34,546 bases of DNA from a virus (lineage: Duplodnaviria; Caudoviricetes), in the IMG/VR virus record IMGVR_UViG_3300028844_001594, positions 1 through 34,546 of that record. One strand, 5' to 3'. The translations under genes were made by a program, and so were the position numbers. The number at the start of each line of letters is the position of its first letter. Position 1 is the stretch's first letter. Positions 31,601 through 34,546 of this stretch are shown one piece after another. The notes below the pieces were generated by a model. The model saw only the letters and a program-made list of their open reading frames with translations. It made no database searches and was not told the origin of the DNA.

Positions 31601-34546
31601 TGTAAGATTACTCTGCATTTGTTTTGGAAGTCTTTGTGGCTTAGTATACTTTTCACTTGTTATCTCCGATGGAACAGTTCTAATATCTTGTATAGGTAAA
31701 TCATGTAATACAGGCTTTGTTATAAAACTACCATCAGTATCTTTAAATCTTACTCTGCCATTATTCCAATCCCATTCTTGATAGTCTTTTCTTCCCCCGT
31801 ATTGTTTAGCGGCCGATTCAGGTACAATCATATGAATACCTTCTTTGCGCATAGCATCTGCTAATTCTCTATGAGCACCTTTGAACTGATACTTCCCCAG
31901 CATAGCTCCATACTCAGGGTTTTTTGACACAATAAAAGACTTGTTAACATTACCACTGGTTGGTAACCCCATTTCTATATTATGAGCTTCTACTATTTCA
32001 GGAAGTACTACTATCTCACCGTCTACTGTATGAACATAATCACTAGCCTTACTATTAAGATTAGTTTCTTTTGATGGGTCTTTTATTATTACTGCTTTAT
32101 ATCCAGTATCTTCAATATCAAGTCCATGCCTAAACTTTAATTCTTTTTTAATATAATTAGGGTCAGATGGTAAACCATTAGTAAACCATATCTGACTTCT
32201 TTTATTAAAAGCTTTAGCGTCTTTTATCATGTTAGGTGCATTAAGTTTATTAAAGCTATTAACACTTAAATCAAGTCCATTCATACCAAGGTCATATAAA
32301 AGATTATTCAAATATGTAGTCTCAAAGACCTCTTTAGCCTCTGCTTCTTTCATTATACCTTTTGTAAATTTTACATATCTATCCTTTTCTAATCTATATT
32401 CTTTACTAGACTCTGGGTCTAGCTTTTTTAAACTAGATAGAAATTCCTTAACAATATCTTTTCTGCCATAGATAACTTCTTTACCATCTTTAAGTTTTAA
32501 TTTCATACTAGATTTTAACTTAGGACTAGCTTTTACAAAATACAACCTCTCTGCATCACCTCTACCACCAAGATAATAATAACTTCTTTCATCCATTTGT
32601 TTAATACTACGAGTTATCATATCGTTGTATCGTTTTTCTGTTGTGTCTTGAATAAATCTTTTTTTAGTAGCTTCTATATCCTTTTTCTTACCAGTCCCAA
32701 ATATTCCATCACCTTCCATCATTACTGCATCATATTCAACTTCTTGCTTAATATCTCGTTTCATTTGAGAAAAGCTTCTTTCAGAAAAATACTTACCATT
32801 ATTTGGAACATTAGTTACAAAATGGTCAACTGCTACATAAACTGGTTCTTTTCTTACATCTGGCTCAACGCCTTTATTTTCTTCAGCAAATGCTCTAACA
32901 TACTCGTCTTCTATTATTTTAGTAGGCTCTCTTAATTCTTTACTATTACCTGCTAAATTTATAGCCCTAGCTTCTAACTCAGGGTTTATTAATTGAACTT
33001 GAGAACTAGGTCTTTGGCCTTCTTCTTTTACTGTGTTAATATCTACAGCAATAGAACCAACTGCTACTGGCTTAGTATGCTTTCTAGCTTGACCCCATTT
33101 AACCCAAAATTGATATTCTGGAGTGTCGGGAACAATGCCTCTTTTGTATACAGTATTTAACCAATTTATCATTTCGCCTGCAGGATTAGGTCTTTCTGGA
33201 AGCGCTAATTGTTCTTGTACCGTATCGTTCCATTTTCTATTAACAGTTCTCCATATATTTTCCATTTCAGCTTTAGGGTCTGATAAACCCTTATATTGCT
33301 CTTCTAAATAGCTTTTGACATAATACTTAGTCTTTGTAAATAAAGCTTCATATGGGGTACTTATATCGGCTAATTCAGGGCTTGTTTCTCCATCATTGCC
33401 CCTATCTCTACTAACTGTAAGTTCTTCTTCGGGTCTTTTAATTCGCTCTACAGGTTCTCCTTCATATATCTCTTTAGCCATTCCTTCAGCTTCTTTAATT
33501 GCTTTTGACTTATTCATCAAGTCTCTAGCTACTATATATGATAAACCACCCCCTTGAGCTATTTCAGTCTCCACTATGTCTTTTACAACTTTACGACTTG
33601 CTCTATCTAAATCTTGCCAACCATCTACTATTTCAGGAACTTCAGTACCAATAGTGCCTGTTTCAGCATCCTTGTACTCAGTTTTCATTTTCTTTATATG
33701 GTCAAGTGCTCTTCTGTTTTTAACACTCATTTCATTGCTACCAAAAAAAGCACCTAATAAATAGTCGTATATTTGCTCTTCTGTAGTAGCTCCACGCTGT
33801 GTAGCAGGTAATCCTTGCATTAACGCACCAGCTATACCACGCAATGCTTTTTCATTTACTTGTTCTTTAGTTAATTCTTTTAAAGGAGTTCCGGGAATAA
33901 CAGGTTTAGCTCCGGGTACTTTTACTAAATTACCAATAGCTCTAAATCCTGCGCCAAATATTGCACCACCAAACATAGAGTCAGCTACCGCACCTATTCC
34001 TTCTTGCCAAGAGCTTACACCGCTAGCAATACCTAGATTAACTGCACCTTCTACAGCGTCTCCAGTTGGTGTAGATAAAAACTTTGTAACAGTATTGACG
34101 GCATCAGACTTAGCATCTGTGCCACGCTTACCAAATTGCTTAGCTACTCTTCTTATACCTTTAGTAGCACTTCCTGCAACAAGCAAAGGAACAGATTTGC
34201 CTTTAGCTTGCATCATTAAGTTACCAATAGTTTTAGCCCCTGCTAACTTAACTATACTACCACCGGGTATATACCCTACAAAACCTGCAAGGTGACCTAA
34301 GCTTCTAGCTATTCTTTCCCATGATGTATCTGGTTGCCCTTCAGTTTTACCATGGTCAATATCAAGTGTAGTAAAGCCATGTATAAATCCTTTACCGGCT
34401 TGTGATAATAAACTACCAAAAGAAGTCTCTGCTAATTGTATATCAGGAGATTCTATTTTATAGTGATTTGCGTGGTCTCTGAGTAAGTTTGACTGGTCAT
34501 AGTCAAATTTATCAGGTTGTTGTTTATACTGCTCTAGAAGTTGATT
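25607..34546 (-). CDS. giant virion protein containing a single-chain two-barrel RNA polymerase (5'-partial, at least 2979 aa)
   Basis: The frame stays open from 34216 to the window end (NQLLEQYKQQPDKF...). Catalytic-type motif 'LGGADLDGDK' (DLDGD at 30734-30748), preceded by 'VRVPMDS', with upstream 'TVDGEIVV' and 'GKYQFKG'. Confidence 0.78.
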   Translation of the reverse strand, partial: NQLLEQYKQQPDKFDYDQSNLLRDHANHYKIESPDIQLAETSFGSLLSQAGKGFIHGFTTLDIDHGKTEGQPDTSWERIARSLGHLAGFVGYIPGGSIVKLAGAKTIGNLMMQAKGKSVPLLVAGSATKGIRRVAKQFGKRGTDAKSDAVNTVTKFLSTPTGDAVEGAVNLGIASGVSSWQEGIGAVADSMFGGAIFGAGFRAIGNLVKVPGAKPVIPGTPLKELTKEQVNEKALRGIAGALMQGLPATQRGATTEEQIYDYLLGAFFGSNEMSVKNRRALDHIKKMKTEYKDAETGTIGTEVPEIVDGWQDLDRASRKVVKDIVETEIAQGGGLSYIVARDLMNKSKAIKEAEGMAKEIYEGEPVERIKRPEEELTVSRDRGNDGETSPELADISTPYEALFTKTKYYVKSYLEEQYKGLSDPKAEMENIWRTVNRKWNDTVQEQLALPERPNPAGEMINWLNTVYKRGIVPDTPEYQFWVKWGQARKHTKPVAVGSIAVDINTVKEEGQRPSSQVQLINPELEARAINLAGNSKELREPTKIIEDEYVRAFAEENKGVEPDVRKEPVYVAVDHFVTNVPNNGKYFSERSFSQMKRDIKQEVEYDAVMMEGDGIFGTGKKKDIEATKKRFIQDTTEKRYNDMITRSIKQMDERSYYYLGGRGDAERLYFVKASPKLKSSMKLKLKDGKEVIYGRKDIVKEFLSSLKKLDPESSKEYRLEKDRYVKFTKGIMKEAEAKEVFETTYLNNLLYDLGMNGLDLSVNSFNKLNAPNMIKDAKAFNKRSQIWFTNGLPSDPNYIKKELKFRHGLDIEDTGYKAVIIKDPSKETNLNSKASDYVHTVDGEIVVLPEIVEAHNIEMGLPTSGNVNKSFIVSKNPEYGAMLGKYQFKGAHRELADAMRKEGIHMIVPESAAKQYGGRKDYQEWDWNNGRVRFKDTDGSFITKPVLHDLPIQDIRTVPSEITSEKYTKPQRLPKQMQSNLTPFGFKKIEQKVIDNIFNEVSERSFKGEELWNKEADKLLAEPMNEKLEDRIIANIEDVGVQKLLSLMSNTKNESFAIKAYKKILKINEEVTSELMEEGEISSRDANLMKLDAMEWTSTFERMTQLKPNSLIPLLHKVGNQYRQSAMRNYIMAQIVKPRIKNSVATRMTGYDPYVRTLKNKYGDLTLLEKNDSIFFLDEGHRETRIYMDNGQQRKLGELWNEYVDRKSTMDKNTKEMYENIFEGVGVRVPMDSLSGAHKLAFAGFTSRKGYGSILHPRTMEALGGADLDGDKATIFFGGEKSGFRKDWRDAYGKQKEEFYTKDKDGNPVVSFNKPDDMRKMFAESNPETLKRIKSPTLRYSPLMRMQASKGAYEGRAMLGPAVVNRATVLATYNHIRSHLEANNLKELKIDLGRGNFGIITPKTSQKDLAEFRKRARASVALASDPMDEAGLKNMEVFFDRVYESLFDVTMFYPKKEGKGYWKFKNEDVQANQKRKMILSIMSGINSAGFGRNLRTHRMYTYPEFKDRMVQSENLPPVGKNKRTDITFYGKVAKLVTPIDWTDSFLHRVEQGKLDTWYRDLNETLKTPEYTEIKDVLGRQSLVVGMQRPIQIVRGNKLWDYEARSRMIDNDVEYNRLITSNPDLFLSKIRSLYNSNPHNDLFFPTTRDKRRDYVNDFLSLQKDYNKRLDLNKNLTQSDINKMLPEMLKSRSDKASVIDNLVRQASEYVSEDMGDASSIKLINEVWRKDAISKEEFSNIARLAEEKANIKSRLDKERQAVDELERMDLSDAEKNRLLEIERTSAGEKTSAELDQIQVDSMIAMDKQGKPQAWQDLYDALLISSWQKGDPAFVKKLETGINKMPAGKSKNQALRYLEARKKMLNNTKFSKVGFASKEVSDYIIRRQLDIMDEAFNKMKPDKLPIESADKIVDNFEAEFQKQPLFDKDGKRTQGLAINSRDYSSKTNKYLDEYAPFKGLKEGKLNKSMVKVYNELRDHIDYYGPKTAENLNYIVRDMINKDINVMNATDWKIVNNIFKSHRDGTWFQRTFAKVEGKFPKLAKRFYHMFPEAIERDIMRHEIEWNDSETIFKDKYGNWVTGKSKSAQGWMGEIQNHIYLSQELGTMQGQREERKWGEATEKYMNTELGENLWWYAMADAEAKFEIPRLRQRAKDGDAISESYAQTYENRLKEWTEKVEWDKNREKLLTMVGGERKPAFEVVREIQDLVAVKNQENWVKLTGDVDFVNSFANKDGRGNVEYIEGVDASGNRYKTEIPLFNRKKVIDFFLDHMKHGKAMPEDKIGIDGMRKIILSFQIQQLRNAERQAGDKNPIRKTLRNGASSALTRMPLQSTGKLGFEGYVKDKKALFGYFPHVSKMFERGIVTGDLRKKIKMIWESNLPEAEKKEKIAKVYMQTKQLSGDFVEMDVQNEAWETVTDAIVKYQGKKDLKEQITWFENTGKIGSQFSRENHIDGWNLSPEAYLEYSNSINRMLYRQVGQLMARETIVKFADKHRDMPAELKSNWMNFFKLYSQQALGFPSIIPTQLYENKNMNIKGTLYSAFADNMVAQRFDKIAKKLNLVGKDLPPELKDLGRIDAQTVINIGNAEAKYSLATLLAHPKSSVGNYLGGTQMTVVNAGWNNFRKAKDLDFLRRNIDSKFKTWNDVNTWVRELGIIEEFIIREIGANPRLTGAKFNSFLKDFKQAVKKDPDLPDVKFRDLGKKHGISQGMMDVAGKFMSMPERALRRDSFIAHYIQAKNKLGGRILERDHPFLIELGKRGVKATQFLYSVPFRPLFAGTAMGKVMTRFQLWAWNSVRFRNKILKEASIYGVDPNSQQYERFKRLMMADMVSLALGSMFMYSLFGSQMPQPYAWFQDLSDWVFGNEKERDRAFFGSYPTALAPLQLITPPSFRLSGPILNGFINDDWEKMGNYYAWTMFPFGRLARDLVGPGGLTDNPYYGIDKLTGIPVVSAKRLSVKEKEKEEKGEESWSPPGAKASDLFSGIM

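Noticed and set aside
34214-34216. ATG at 34216 as the start of the giant gene
   Set aside because: The frame remains open for another 110 codons to the window edge, so the true start probably lies outside the window.
4354-34295. Antisense or nested ORFs in the track (e.g. 4354-4599, 6084-6266, 10068-10373, 12371-12658, 13543-13809, 15352-15585, 22160-22375, 27708-28076, 32597-32935)
   Set aside because: They lie opposite or inside well-supported genes, lack SD motifs, and have shadow-ORF composition.
1-34546. Stop-codon reassignment as in some crAss-like phages
   Set aside because: Long genes are uninterrupted in code 11, and TAG/TGA end genes at sensible overlapping junctions.
1-34546. 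Prophage or integrative element
   Set aside because: No integrase, repressor, att-like junction or host genes are visible in the window.

Overview
AT-rich fragment of a tailed dsDNA bacteriophage genome with podovirus-like architecture, read in the standard genetic code. It has three blocks. (1) Minus-strand morphogenesis/lysis block, 1-11997: GH108 lysozyme, probable TerS, TerL, portal, scaffold, major capsid protein, a PG-binding protein and tail/adaptor proteins. (2) A GC-richer non-coding strand-switch region (~12000-12455), then a plus-strand early/replication block, 12456-24073. This holds small ORFs with structured intergenic elements, a complete ubiquitin-like conjugation cassette (Ubl - E2-like - JAB - E1/ThiF), a Sak4-like ATPase, an SSB-like protein, an AEP primase-SF4 helicase fusion, a Gp157-like protein, and PD-(D/E)XK and HNH nucleases. 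(3) Convergent minus-strand block, 24174-34546, dominated by a protein of at least 2979 aa (5'-truncated by the window) with a two-barrel RNA polymerase DxDGD motif, probably a virion-packaged RNAP. The most notable item is the phage-encoded ubiquitination-like system, whose catalytic motifs all appear intact. All product calls come from motif recognition by eye, not from database searches.
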